A DNA stretch of 64,000 nucleotides from Bacillota bacterium (GCA_050951805.1 JBMNJT010000002.1:384001-448000), one strand, 5' to 3'. Shown: positions 1-11,138, counted from the first letter of the stretch. Translations and numbers: made by a program. Notes: generated by a model not told the origin, from the letters alone.

Positions 1-757
1 TCCAACAAGAGACAATATCTTGCTCCTCAAACGGTACAGGGATACTACGATACATTTCTACAATGATGAGTCACTTCATGTTCCGCTTTATGCTTTGGCA
101 CAGACTTCAATAGTTAACTTCAGAGATGTTGTTAGTGAATCGTTTGACCGTGACATTGCAGAAGAGATTACTTTGTCGTTATTGCCGTTGTCCATTGCTC
201 CGCCAATTGATTCAGTAGAGTTCTTAAGGGCTTGCGGTGGTAATGGAATGCAATCAAGACGAACTCGTGAATTTACGCAAAGTATACGCAACATTGTGAT
301 CAAATCTGAAGAGGCGGGCTATGATACAGGGAGGATACTCACTGCCTTCAACGTTCAACTTGTATCGGTCAAGAAGGTTTCGTCTGCAGACTTTGTAGTT
401 GGCGTAGATGGTAGTCAGGTAGGGGAAGGCCGACCCGTCCTCGTCCACAAACTCAGAGATCCAAACATTACGCATCCATACAGAGAGTCAGACATAATTA
501 CAAGCAAGGCAAACCCGAATAAAGCTGGTCTAGAGCTCACAATTGGAGGAGCGAAACTGACCCAACATACGTTCAGGGCAATTACATGGAAATATGATAT
601 AAGGAATCAGCCCAAGTACTGTTGGATGGCCAAGAACAGACATCTTGTTCTCTACTCCCGCGAATATGTCACATTTTTGAAACGCTTGACAGAGGATGAT
701 GTCAAACAGGCGATTGCAGACTATAAGTCGTGGTGTAGGAGCCGGAACCATAGGTAA
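1..757 (+). CDS. DUF3644-family (HEPN-like) protein, 5' end outside the window
   Basis: Frame is open from the window edge (PTRDNILLLKRYRDTTIHFY). It has an Rx4H motif RDTTIH and a DPNxTHPY motif typical of the DUF3644 C-terminal region. Confidence 0.65.
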   Translation, partial: PTRDNILLLKRYRDTTIHFYNDESLHVPLYALAQTSIVNFRDVVSESFDRDIAEEITLSLLPLSIAPPIDSVEFLRACGGNGMQSRRTREFTQSIRNIVIKSEEAGYDTGRILTAFNVQLVSVKKVSSADFVVGVDGSQVGEGRPVLVHKLRDPNITHPYRESDIITSKANPNKAGLELTIGGAKLTQHTFRAITWKYDIRNQPKYCWMAKNRHLVLYSREYVTFLKRLTEDDVKQAIADYKSWCRSRNHR

Positions 758-1167
758 GCAACCTCAGACTGAGACTGAAAGCATTGGTGAATCCGCATCA
801 GGGATGCCCATCAGTGACCTACGGGTTCCCGGCAGAGTCTTGGCGAGCAGGGTAGTGATCATCACGGCCGTGGGTAGGCCGCTTCGACCGGCAGCTGGTG
901 CCGCCGAGCGCAAGCAAATTCCCTGAGCGAGGTGTTCACCCCTATGGTGCTTGCCCATAGCCAGTCGTGACATGGCATGCGATTGTTGAACAAATCACAC
1001 AAGTTGCAGAGCGAGGTTGAAGCACAAGAACGTGCAAAGAAGCGAACTTTCTATCAAGAAGAGATAACAACCTTTCATACACAATCTTATCACAGACCTC
1101 CCAAGCTGCAGATAATCGCCAACTATCTGGTTCGGCTAGCCAAGGTTAGTTAAAGGGTGATTGCAAT

Positions 1168-4100
1168 ATGAACGAAGTGATCCGTTCGTTGGGCACGTAC
1201 AGGTCTCGGCGAAACATGTCTAGGCACGCTAGAACCCTGCAAAAAGCGTGCAAAAGCATAAGGAACGATCCATTCTTCGAAGAATGGCACTTTGTGATCA
1301 TGGATCGTGATTCACCGTATAGAGGCCTCTTCCAAGAGTGCGTTCTTGGGGTTGTTGCCTGCCCTGGTTGGGCAGATCGGAGCAACGAGAGGCTCGTGCT
1401 TATGGCGCGGCACGTGGATGCGGACGAGCTTGGCCAGAGCTGCCGTCCCCGGAAAATCGAATACGCAATCAAGACAGTTGTTCTTCCTCCCCCGGGGTCA
1501 TTGCCCATAGCTCTTGGCGGGAGCGAAGACACATATCCCCCATACACCGAATCCATCCGCCTAGCTACGGCCTTTAGGGAGAGGGCCTGCGAATGGGAGG
1601 CTGAGTTGGCGCACAGAATGACAGCCCCTACATTGGACTCGTCTTTTGGCATGGCCCAACAAGGGCTATCTTCTATGTATGCAGATCAAATGCCAGAAGA
1701 TTATCTGTCCGAGAAGAGCCGCACGGGCGAGCCGCTGATGGTTCAAAATACACTGGAATGGCCCCAAGCGGCTAGCCAGGGCATACCCGATAGCGCGCCT
1801 CTGCGGCAACAGGTCTCAGATATGCCGGAATATGATTCTGCAGAAATGCAGCCTATTAGGATCGACGTTCCCGAGGCTACAACAATAACTCAATATGAGA
1901 CTCGCATCTCGGAGGTTCTCAAAGGCGCTCAGTTCTTGGGCCGCATTGAAATGCCAGAGGAGCAGCTTGAAGCCTTATTGGGAATCATCGCATCCCAACT
2001 TGATGGAGTCATGTATCCCAAAGCATGTGCGCGCCGCCTTGCCCAGAACTACCCTGCCGCTGTTGCGTACGCCCTCGTCCAAGTTGCCGCAGAAGAGTAC
2101 GCCGAGGGTGAAGTGTGGCCAAGAATCGCCGAGCATTTGGGAGGTCTGGAAACCGCGGTCGTGAACGAGTTGGGCATCAGCATTGAAAGGTGTCAGAAAC
2201 GTTACAATCTTGTGGACTGCGAACGGGATAGCAAACTACGATATGTAACCCCTATGCTGCTTCAGGGCGGCATCCCGGATTCCTGTATTTGCGAGCTCAT
2301 AGAAATCGTGCAGCACAATTGCGTGCGACGCGGAATCGTAACCCACAGTTCAGTGCTGCGCTGGTTCAAAGATGAGGTTAGGACAGGGCACTGGCGAGAA
2401 AGACAATACCAGATCTCCGAGCCTGTTTTGGACTTTCTTGAATACGGCGGTGCCTGGGCTGAGAAATGGGTAGTTGCTACGGCCATCTTTTTGAGTTCCC
2501 GATCAGGGTCGTCTGAGGGTATTAGTGACACGACTCCTAGCCGCCTAATTCGCGCCTTGGAGAGATGGGGGCGCGACCAGGTTGCAGCCGCATCGGAGAT
2601 CGTTGGGAGAGAGTGGGGCCGTGGCACGTATCCCCGACGTCTCGATGATTCAGCTTCAGGTGGAGACTTGCGGGCACCTATGCGTGCAAGGGTGGAGACG
2701 CGTCTGGCGGACAACCGTAGTGAGATAATCCTCAGCATCGGAAAACACACGATTGAAGGAGACTTCAGCCGTCCTGACTGGCTGGAAGCCATTGTTAGGA
2801 ACATTGGGGGCTCTGAGATCCGCAAGAAGACTCTCTCCGCTACAAGGGCGCCGGGAGGCGTGAGCGTAGATGCAGTCCTCATGGAAATACCCTGGGAGGA
2901 TGGTCCCTTGCAGCTGGATATCGAATACGGAGAAGATATCCTCCAGTCGTATCCTGTGGCAACTTTGGACTATGATGAGCCTTGGATGATGTTCTCTAGC
3001 TCCGGCAGGCTAGTCAAGGAAGACGTACTGGACCACGCCAACCTCTGGCTTGTATTGCCGCGCGAAGCTCGCATTTTGCCGGAGCATATCGTGGGGATGA
3101 GAGAGCCATTCCACGACGGTGGGGTCTATGACATAGCTTGGCTAGACCTTCAGGAGTGCGAGGAATACAAGCTTAGGATCGAATATGGCGACATCAACAA
3201 AGACTATGCCGTGCAACCCGAACTTAAGAGCGAGGAGATAAGGCTGCGCGGCGGCGATGCAGTGCAGGGAGCGTTCATCAAAGGCCACCCTATCTACATG
3301 GGCTCTCTTCCACATCTCAGGTTCTTGGTCGAAGGCGAGCACGGAGAACAGGCAGAAGGCTTCGCTCAACTGGAAGTGGCGATTGAGACGCTCGATGGCC
3401 AAACCAAACTGAGGGAGAGACTTGCAGAGAACCTCGATTACCTCTTGGAAGATGATGGTTGGCTTGACCTTAACCTCCTCACAGAGCTACTCGGGATATC
3501 GGCTGAACAGGATGTGAAAGTGAGCTTCATTTGGCAAGACGCCAACGGTATGCAGAGGAGCTATTCAGTATTCCGCATCTGCGGGCTGATAATCGATTTC
3601 GACGAGAAGGCCTTCGTGCTCCAAAAGGACGAGATTGCGAAGGCTGAGATGATCCTTCCGCCAGGGTGGAAGTTTGTTGCCGGCAGTGGCGTGAAGATCG
3701 CCGGAGGGTTCGACGATGTAGTCGAGCTCTACCTCGACATGAACTTGTATACGACGACATACGGATGGTTAGTCCGAGGTGGCCTGAAGCTGCCGATTGC
3801 TATAGAACCTCCTGTGGTCGCATGGCGCTTCTTGGGCAATGGGCAGACTCGCTATCGGCGCTTTGGAGGGACAACGGAGAGTATCTGGCTTGCGGACATT
3901 GATAGCGGGAAGTATGAGGCTATTGACATCATGACCACAGCTCCGTACATCTCCAGCGTCAGGCTGGAGGCTGGGCCTGCCCACGGAGATTATCAGTATT
4001 TTGCTGGAGACCGAAGAGTTGTCCAACTCAAGCTCGGCCAGCTTGCTGAGACGATACGTTCCCAATCCCCTCGCGCCAATCTATACGCAGTAATGAACTA

Positions 4101-5343
4101 CTCCGACTCCTCCGAGACTGCCAGGGTACACGTGGCCACAGTCCATTCGGAGTGGGCGCCAGAGAGCATCGAGGCGACCATAGCGGGTCCCGAAAACCAG
4201 CGGAAGATCTCATTGAACTGGGTGGGTATCGCTCCACGTTCTAGGATTATAGCCATAATGAGGCCAGCCTGGCTTAGCGGCGGCCTACGTCTGGAATCCA
4301 CGATAGAACCGGGTGAGCGGGAGTGCATATTCGAGGCTAGCAGATTGTGCCCTGGTCCATATTGCATCAGGTTCCTTGATGAAGAGGATCTTCTTTGGGG
4401 CGGGTCAGATGACGCCTCACCCGAAAGATTGATTTGGGTATCGGATGGTGACCCCCAGATACGCGAATTTGAGTTTGTAAGGGAAGGGACAATGCTGCGA
4501 TGTTCCGGTTCAGCCTGGCCCGAAAGCGTCTGCGATCATCTGACAGGGGCGGTGGTATGGAATAGACGAAATGGCGGGTTTGAGACAATTGAAATTGAGC
4601 AACTCGAAAATGGAAGGTTCGAGTTCAGCGTCTACGACGTCAAGAAGGATGCGAGCATAGTAGGAGTATTCTCTATTGAACATCAAATTCCATACCGTTT
4701 TGCCGCTGTGGGACCACATGACAGTGCCATGGAAACAGTGACCCGCGCCTCCGCGGCCCACTGGCTCGACCTGTTCGAACGCACTCCGTGCGGATTGCCT
4801 ATGCGGATAAAGCCAAGCGGCGTACTCCCCATAACCGTTCCACGCGTCCCCGCAAAGAGGATATTGAAGGGCCTTGCGGCTAACTTGAATGAAATAGAGT
4901 TCTCTGTTGATGACCCCAATTATCCGGGTCCAATCAAGCTTATTGTAGGTAACAGCGGAGAAGAATTCGATTTCTCCTTCCAACGTTTTCTCTGCGAGTG
5001 CACGGACCCTAATTGTCCGCATCCGCCAAGAGTGATTTTCCAAGAAGAATGGAATCAGCGGCACTACCCGAAATGCAAAGAGCTTAAGACCCACTACAAA
5101 TCCATTCGGGCTCGGATTTTGATTGCTTCCGATTTTGCAAGCCCCGTAGGTCGTATCGGCAGAGGAAGCAAGGCGTTTGAGCCCTATCTTCGTACCGTAG
5201 CAGATAGCTGCTTCAGGCCGCTTGCCGGCGAAACGGGAAAGCTGCGTAATCCTACCGAGCTGAGCGAAGTTCTGCTCCAATCATATGCCAGCATGTGCAG
5301 GGAACTCCTGGCCGAATGCGGCATGGGAAAGGAGAATGATTGA
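1168..5343 (+). CDS. Large 1391-aa protein, DruH-like partner of a Druantia type III-like helicase
   Basis: RBS AAGGGTGA precedes the ATG. Motifs Y-x-EG-x-VWPRIAEHLG and YVTPMLLQGGIP resemble the DruH/ECs5259 N-terminal region. Long beta-rich middle and a C-terminal Cys/His cluster. The stop overlaps the helicase start (TGATG). Confidence 0.55.
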   Translation: MNEVIRSLGTYRSRRNMSRHARTLQKACKSIRNDPFFEEWHFVIMDRDSPYRGLFQECVLGVVACPGWADRSNERLVLMARHVDADELGQSCRPRKIEYAIKTVVLPPPGSLPIALGGSEDTYPPYTESIRLATAFRERACEWEAELAHRMTAPTLDSSFGMAQQGLSSMYADQMPEDYLSEKSRTGEPLMVQNTLEWPQAASQGIPDSAPLRQQVSDMPEYDSAEMQPIRIDVPEATTITQYETRISEVLKGAQFLGRIEMPEEQLEALLGIIASQLDGVMYPKACARRLAQNYPAAVAYALVQVAAEEYAEGEVWPRIAEHLGGLETAVVNELGISIERCQKRYNLVDCERDSKLRYVTPMLLQGGIPDSCICELIEIVQHNCVRRGIVTHSSVLRWFKDEVRTGHWRERQYQISEPVLDFLEYGGAWAEKWVVATAIFLSSRSGSSEGISDTTPSRLIRALERWGRDQVAAASEIVGREWGRGTYPRRLDDSASGGDLRAPMRARVETRLADNRSEIILSIGKHTIEGDFSRPDWLEAIVRNIGGSEIRKKTLSATRAPGGVSVDAVLMEIPWEDGPLQLDIEYGEDILQSYPVATLDYDEPWMMFSSSGRLVKEDVLDHANLWLVLPREARILPEHIVGMREPFHDGGVYDIAWLDLQECEEYKLRIEYGDINKDYAVQPELKSEEIRLRGGDAVQGAFIKGHPIYMGSLPHLRFLVEGEHGEQAEGFAQLEVAIETLDGQTKLRERLAENLDYLLEDDGWLDLNLLTELLGISAEQDVKVSFIWQDANGMQRSYSVFRICGLIIDFDEKAFVLQKDEIAKAEMILPPGWKFVAGSGVKIAGGFDDVVELYLDMNLYTTTYGWLVRGGLKLPIAIEPPVVAWRFLGNGQTRYRRFGGTTESIWLADIDSGKYEAIDIMTTAPYISSVRLEAGPAHGDYQYFAGDRRVVQLKLGQLAETIRSQSPRANLYAVMNYSDSSETARVHVATVHSEWAPESIEATIAGPENQRKISLNWVGIAPRSRIIAIMRPAWLSGGLRLESTIEPGERECIFEASRLCPGPYCIRFLDEEDLLWGGSDDASPERLIWVSDGDPQIREFEFVREGTMLRCSGSAWPESVCDHLTGAVVWNRRNGGFETIEIEQLENGRFEFSVYDVKKDASIVGVFSIEHQIPYRFAAVGPHDSAMETVTRASAAHWLDLFERTPCGLPMRIKPSGVLPITVPRVPAKRILKGLAANLNEIEFSVDDPNYPGPIKLIVGNSGEEFDFSFQRFLCECTDPNCPHPPRVIFQEEWNQRHYPKCKELKTHYKSIRARILIASDFASPVGRIGRGSKAFEPYLRTVADSCFRPLAGETGKLRNPTELSEVLLQSYASMCRELLAECGMGKEND

Positions 5344-8300
5344 TGAGCATTGATCCTATTAGAACGAGCCAAGCCGTTGCTGAGGCCTATTACGGCTATC
5401 TATGTACTACTTTTCAGTTCTCGGATGAACGTTTGAGCGAGCAATTCAAGGCAGGGCTCAGGCAAAAGGACAAATACGTAAAAGGACCGATTGTGCAGGC
5501 GACGCCGCCGTTCAAGAAATCCCTGACGTTGAATGACCTTGTTGATGAAGGCATCCTTTCACCTCTGTTTTTGAAGTGCCCAGAAGACGTTCTCACTAGG
5601 CCTCTATACGTGCATCAGGAAGCTGCCATCCGAAAGATGGTATCGGGGCAGCGCAACATCGTAGTTGCGACAGGAACAGGAAGCGGGAAGACGGAGTGTT
5701 TCATGTTGCCCATCTGTAACCACCTACTTCGTCAATACGAAGCTGGCACATTGGGGCCAGGGGTCAGAGCGCTGCTGCTCTACCCGATGAACGCATTGGC
5801 GAACGATCAAGTCAAACGGCTTCGTGATCTTTTCGAGCCGTTCGAATTCGTCACCTTTGGACGGTATACAGGCGAAACGCTCAAGACTAGGGGAGAAGGA
5901 TTGGACGCCTACAGGAACACTTTCAACTGTGATCCTTTGCCTAACGAAATGATATCTCGTGAAGAAATGCAGACCCAACCCCCTCATATCCTCATCACCA
6001 ACTACGCAATGCTAGAATACCTGCTCCTCCGCCCTGAAGATGATCCATTCTTCGGCGGCTCCGACTCTGACAATTGGAAGTTTCTCGTGCTTGATGAAGC
6101 CCATACCTACACGGGCGTAAAGGGCATTGAGACAGCTATGCTTATCCGGAGGCTGAAGGATCGCGTGGTCGAAGGGGAGACCGGTGCTCTGCAATGCGTA
6201 GCTACAAGTGCTACCTTAGGCAGGGGATTGGATGATGCTCCAGGGATCATGGAGTTTGCGTCACGCCTGTTCAGCGAGGATTTTGAATATGATCCCGCGG
6301 ATCCTAGCAAGCAAGATTTGATCGTTGCTGAAAGAGAGCCCATTGACGAAAGAAGTATCTGGGGCAGACCGGATCCCCAGCTTTATGTTGTCTGGCGTGA
6401 CATCTTATCGCAAGACGACAGTGCAGATGCCGTATCAAGACTGGCGGAGGCGGCGATTGAACATCGCGTGCCCAATGAAGTAGTAAACAGAGCTTATGAG
6501 AGGTTTAGTTCATCAGCGGACGGTTTTCTCTATGGAGTAATGTCAGGCGATGAATATGTCGTTCGCACGCAGCAGCTTCTTGCTGAGGACCCGCTCGCCC
6601 TCACTGAGCTTGCCGGCATGCTCTTCGGTTCAGGTATGTCGCCTCATACTTCCGAGCAAAGTGCAGTTTCATTAATAGGTTTGGCCGTAAGGGCTAGGCC
6701 TTCCGAGGACAGCAGCCCGCTTCTCCCAGCCCGCTACCATCTGATGCTCAAAGCACTTGGTGGAGCCTGGTTGTCCTTTTTGCCTGAGCCCAAAGTCCAT
6801 CTTGACCAGGTGGCTAGAGTCACATGGGGCGATAAAACTGCCATGGCATATGAGGCTGGAGTGTGCCAGAAATGTGGAGCGCCCTATATACTTGGTGCGA
6901 GAGTGAATTCTGATTCGGGCAATGGCTGGCATTTGGCGCCAGTTTCAGCTGATAGCAATGATAGGGAAGCACGATACTACGCAGTGTTGGCTCCTGAAGA
7001 TCCTTCTGAAATGAGGCCCGACGAAGATGAAGATCCTATCGCGTACGACACCAGCAAATCCCTGTACCAGCTGTGTCCTGCTTGTGGAGATATTCGACGT
7101 GCAGATTCACTCGGAATTGAGTGTAGCTGTGGCGTCGAAAAAGTCCGACTTCTAGAGACGAAGTCTGCTTCACGCTTGATAGGCCGCTGCATTGTGTGTG
7201 GAGGACAGAACACGAAGCATGGAATTGTACGCAGAGTGTCATCTTATCCTGAAGCTGCGGCAAGCGTTATCGCTACATCCCTATATCAGGAACTTAGCTT
7301 TGATGAATCGGGTATGGAATCTCGTAACGGTCAAAGTGCCCCAGAAGTGCAATATGATGAAGACGGCTGGGTGATAGACGTCTCAGCCCCAAGGAGTGAA
7401 GACGCTGGACCACAGAAACTGCTTGTCTTCTCCGACAGTCGACAGGATGCGGCCTACTTCGCCCCATACATGCAGACAAGCTATGATCGGATGCTGCGGC
7501 GCAACATTCTTCTAGGAGCAGCCCGAGAGGCAATAGATGAGTTGCCTGACCTGAACATCATGGTTCCGGATCTATGGACACATGCGGAGCTGAAACTGAG
7601 ACCAGTGTTGCCGACGGGTTATGATGCGCTAGTAGAGGCTCAGAAATGGGTGCTGTACGAGTTTACTGGACGCGACAAACATGGTCTTGAACGTCTCGGA
7701 CTGCTTGGGTTCGAGTTAGAACGGCCTGAGCGATGGACAGTGCCCCTACATCTTCAGAGGAAATGGGGTCTGTCGGAGTCCGAATCATGGGATCTGTACC
7801 AGGCATTGCTAGACACGTTCCGGACAAGTGGAGCCGTAAGCGTGCCACGCGGCGTGGATCCAGAGGATGAACTGTTTGAACCGGGAAATCTTCTCGGATC
7901 ACTAACCAAGGCCGACCGCGACCGTCGCTATGTAAAGGCTTGGCTTCCCACGAGCAGCTCGACCGCGAACAAGCGGTCCGATTACTTGACACGCCTTGCT
8001 CAGCAAATTGGGCTTTGGGATGATCCGGAGAAAGCTGCTTGCGATCTGCTCAGCGACATATGGGACAGAGACTTGATGCCACATAATGCAAGAAGCCTGT
8101 GGAACGACTACTTTGAACCAGTGGTAGACAAGGGTGGAGGCGTTTCATATCGGCTAGTTCCAAACAAGTGGCGGATATTGGCTTACGGAAGCAGAAATGA
8201 ACCGAAGTGGTATGTGTGCGACAAATGCGGTAGGCTGGCATTGCGGAATATCAGGGGCGTATGCCCTCAGTATAGGTGCATGGGTAGACTCAACCAGGCC

Positions 8301-10205
8301 GACATGTCCGAAAGACTCGAATCCAATCACTACGTGCGTCTTTATGAAAGTCAGAATTTCCCTAAAGAGATGGTATCCCGCGAACATACAGCCCAGCTCA
8401 GACCGGGAGCGGCGGCAAAATCCCAAACAGAGTTTCAAGAAGGGCGCATCAACGTATTGAGCTGCTCAACAACATTTGAACTCGGCGTCGACCTTGGTGA
8501 TCTCGAAGCCGTGTTGATGAAGAACGTTCCGCCTTCGCCGTCCAACTACATCCAAAGGGCCGGTCGAGCAGGCAGGCGGGCTGGCACTGCCGCCATGGTA
8601 GTCACATATGCGCAGGATAGGCCTCACGACGCGTTCCACCACAGATATCCAGAGAGGATGATCAAGGGGCATATCAAGCCTCCCCATTTTGACATAAACA
8701 ATGAGAAGATAGTCCTGCGGCATATGTATGCAGTGGCCTTGGCGGACTTCTGGTACAAGAACCCAAACTACCTGGATAAAGTGAAGGATTTCTTTTTCCC
8801 AGATGATGCGGATTCGGCAGTAGACTCTTTGATTCAGTATCTAGACTCGAGACCGGAATCTATCAGAGTGAGCCTTGAAAGGGTAGTGCCCGAGAAACTA
8901 ATCGAGCCGCTAGGCGTAGATACCTGGCAATGGGTCGATAGTTTAGTCGGCGATGGAGGTCCCCTCGCCGTTGCGCGCATGGAAGTGGAAAATGACATAA
9001 AGAGGCTCGACGCCAGGTACCGAGAACTGGCTGCTCAGCGGAAAAAATCTGACTACGTGCTCAGGCTAATAGAAACGATGCAGAAAAGGTATCTCTTAAA
9101 CTACCTATCTAGCAAGAATGTCCTGCCCAGATATGGCTTTCCTGTCGATGTGGTCACTTTGGAGACGAAGAACAATCACTATGCTACAGACGACATCTGT
9201 CTACAGCGCGAACTGAAGATTGCCATTTCCGAATACGCTCCCGATGGAGAGGTGGTAGCTGGCGGAGAAGTGTGGACCAGCCGGTATCTGGAACGCATGC
9301 CGGGGAAGGAGTTGCCTAGCTATTGGTACGCTAGTTGTCCGGGGTGTGGTAACCACGTAACCAAACTGGACGTTAGGGATGGCGATGCAAGGGCTATATG
9401 TAGTGTCTGTGGCAGAGAAGTCGAATGCAGGGAGTCCTTTATAGTCCCGGAGTTTGGCTTTCTAGTAGACCCGAACAAGCCTGCGGTTGCAGGCGGCCGA
9501 CGTCCCCAGCGGACACACTCAACAAGGGTTTTCTTCTCGGGGATTGAGGATGATTATACAAGTGGCGATCAAGGATTCAATTTCCCAAATGGCCGCGTCA
9601 TTATCAGCACGTCAAAGAGAGGGAAGCTGACAGTTATCAATGATGCGAGGGGCGCGAAATTCCGCGTGTGCCAATCATGTGGCTATGCATGTATTGCAGA
9701 AGGCAAAGACCCCGTGAAACATCATAAGAACGCCTATGGGAAGGAATGCAGTACAAAGTCCTTGACAAGGATAGCGCTGGGACATGAGTTTCTCGGAGAC
9801 ATAGCGAGAATTCGATTTGAGCCGTGTACGCGAGTAGATCAGGGCTTTTGGTATTCGCTGCTCTACGCAATGATTGAAGGGGCTTGTGAGGCGCTGGACA
9901 TTGATCGAACGGAGATAGATGGCTGTGTGCAGTGGGGCGACTCTGCCGGCCAGCCTACTTACCTCATATTGTTCGACTCTGTATCCGGGGGAGTCGGCCA
10001 TGTACAGCAGTTAGGACGTGAGGAGGCACTCCGTGACACCCTGTACACAGCCTATATTAAGATGGCCTCTTGTACCTGCGGGGATGATGCGGGCAATGGG
10101 AGTTGCTACAGTTGCCTGAGAAACTACACCAACCAATTCTGCCACGACGTACTTAACAGGGGACTGGTGGTGCGATTCCTGAAGGAACTAGGTGTGGAAG
10201 GCTGA
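5343..10205 (+). CDS. DEAD/DEAH-box SF2 helicase with Zn clusters and C-terminal DUF1998 (DruE-like)
   Basis: Motifs TGTGSGKT, YPMNALANDQ, DEAH, SAT, TTFELGVDLG and QRAGRAGR; several CxxC pairs; C-terminal CTC...SCYSC (DUF1998). RBS AAAGGAG lies upstream of ATG 5343. Confidence 0.9.
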   Translation: MSIDPIRTSQAVAEAYYGYLCTTFQFSDERLSEQFKAGLRQKDKYVKGPIVQATPPFKKSLTLNDLVDEGILSPLFLKCPEDVLTRPLYVHQEAAIRKMVSGQRNIVVATGTGSGKTECFMLPICNHLLRQYEAGTLGPGVRALLLYPMNALANDQVKRLRDLFEPFEFVTFGRYTGETLKTRGEGLDAYRNTFNCDPLPNEMISREEMQTQPPHILITNYAMLEYLLLRPEDDPFFGGSDSDNWKFLVLDEAHTYTGVKGIETAMLIRRLKDRVVEGETGALQCVATSATLGRGLDDAPGIMEFASRLFSEDFEYDPADPSKQDLIVAEREPIDERSIWGRPDPQLYVVWRDILSQDDSADAVSRLAEAAIEHRVPNEVVNRAYERFSSSADGFLYGVMSGDEYVVRTQQLLAEDPLALTELAGMLFGSGMSPHTSEQSAVSLIGLAVRARPSEDSSPLLPARYHLMLKALGGAWLSFLPEPKVHLDQVARVTWGDKTAMAYEAGVCQKCGAPYILGARVNSDSGNGWHLAPVSADSNDREARYYAVLAPEDPSEMRPDEDEDPIAYDTSKSLYQLCPACGDIRRADSLGIECSCGVEKVRLLETKSASRLIGRCIVCGGQNTKHGIVRRVSSYPEAAASVIATSLYQELSFDESGMESRNGQSAPEVQYDEDGWVIDVSAPRSEDAGPQKLLVFSDSRQDAAYFAPYMQTSYDRMLRRNILLGAAREAIDELPDLNIMVPDLWTHAELKLRPVLPTGYDALVEAQKWVLYEFTGRDKHGLERLGLLGFELERPERWTVPLHLQRKWGLSESESWDLYQALLDTFRTSGAVSVPRGVDPEDELFEPGNLLGSLTKADRDRRYVKAWLPTSSSTANKRSDYLTRLAQQIGLWDDPEKAACDLLSDIWDRDLMPHNARSLWNDYFEPVVDKGGGVSYRLVPNKWRILAYGSRNEPKWYVCDKCGRLALRNIRGVCPQYRCMGRLNQADMSERLESNHYVRLYESQNFPKEMVSREHTAQLRPGAAAKSQTEFQEGRINVLSCSTTFELGVDLGDLEAVLMKNVPPSPSNYIQRAGRAGRRAGTAAMVVTYAQDRPHDAFHHRYPERMIKGHIKPPHFDINNEKIVLRHMYAVALADFWYKNPNYLDKVKDFFFPDDADSAVDSLIQYLDSRPESIRVSLERVVPEKLIEPLGVDTWQWVDSLVGDGGPLAVARMEVENDIKRLDARYRELAAQRKKSDYVLRLIETMQKRYLLNYLSSKNVLPRYGFPVDVVTLETKNNHYATDDICLQRELKIAISEYAPDGEVVAGGEVWTSRYLERMPGKELPSYWYASCPGCGNHVTKLDVRDGDARAICSVCGREVECRESFIVPEFGFLVDPNKPAVAGGRRPQRTHSTRVFFSGIEDDYTSGDQGFNFPNGRVIISTSKRGKLTVINDARGAKFRVCQSCGYACIAEGKDPVKHHKNAYGKECSTKSLTRIALGHEFLGDIARIRFEPCTRVDQGFWYSLLYAMIEGACEALDIDRTEIDGCVQWGDSAGQPTYLILFDSVSGGVGHVQQLGREEALRDTLYTAYIKMASCTCGDDAGNGSCYSCLRNYTNQFCHDVLNRGLVVRFLKELGVEG

Positions 10206-10490
10206 CTGACATTGCGGAGAAACGCTGGCCATGTAGGATGGATACGAAGGAGACCGATAAGCGCCATGTTCAGCATCGGGTCAGCATATGTTGCAGCAAA
10301 AGCGGCGGGATATTCCATTAAGAGGGGATTCGCTATCGGGCAGTTCAGATGCCAGCAGGTGGTCGCTGTCGATAAGCCGACATTACTGTCCGGCCCTGCA
10401 ATTGCGTTTGGGTTTTGGGTAGGTTGTTGGGTGCTTGCATTGTCGAACTAGAGAGTATGGAAAAATCGTTCTCGAGGTGACTGATTTATT

Positions 10491-11138
10491 GTGAATGCCA
10501 GGCGAATGGTTCAAGCGTTATTGTGTGCTCTATCCGCAATAGCGGCTATAGTTTTGTGCGTCCGCTCACCGCTGAATCCCGTGAACCGCACGGATGAGAA
10601 TGGCTATGCGCCATTGCACTACGCTGCTTCCAGAGGAAACATACCCGATATTGTGTCTCTTGTGAAAAGAGGAGCTAACCTTCGAATACGTGATCCACAC
10701 GGTAATACCCCCCTACATCTCGCTGCTCGTGCCGGCCATACAGGCAGCGTTGTTGTGCTTCTGAAATCTGGAGCGCCGGTAAATGCCAGGAACGACGCAA
10801 AGCAGACTCCTGTGGCAATCGCGATGCATTGTCAAGGAATAAATCTGTTTCAGCCCTTTGCCCCACTGTCAGACGCTAGAATTGATATGCCTAAAGTGAT
10901 GGATTCGTATATAGATTCTTCACACGTATCGCCCTTTGACACAGAATATGACCGCCAGAAAAAGGAGATCGAACGGCTTGAAGGCAAACTGGAGGCAGAG
11001 AGAAGACAAGCTGAGGCGGAAAGGCAACGTATTGAGAATGAAGCGCGGCGCAAAGCTGATCATGCGGAAAGACTTCGAGAGTATGAGAAATACGGAGATG
11101 TTGTGCAGGTACTGGTAGTATGGGGTGGAAAGGAGTAG
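10491..11138 (+). CDS. Ankyrin-repeat protein with N-terminal hydrophobic segment and C-terminal coiled coil
   Basis: Repeats GYAPLHYAA / GNTPLHLAA / QTPVAIA; E/R-rich tail; RBS GAGGTGA. Confidence 0.8.
   Translation: MNARRMVQALLCALSAIAAIVLCVRSPLNPVNRTDENGYAPLHYAASRGNIPDIVSLVKRGANLRIRDPHGNTPLHLAARAGHTGSVVVLLKSGAPVNARNDAKQTPVAIAMHCQGINLFQPFAPLSDARIDMPKVMDSYIDSSHVSPFDTEYDRQKKEIERLEGKLEAERRQAEAERQRIENEARRKADHAERLREYEKYGDVVQVLVVWGGKE

Noticed and set aside
5343-10205. DISARM or Dpd assignment for the DUF1998 helicase
   Set aside because: Helicase and DUF1998 are fused in one protein, and no methylase, PLD or dpdA genes are adjacent; the single large upstream partner fits Druantia III better.
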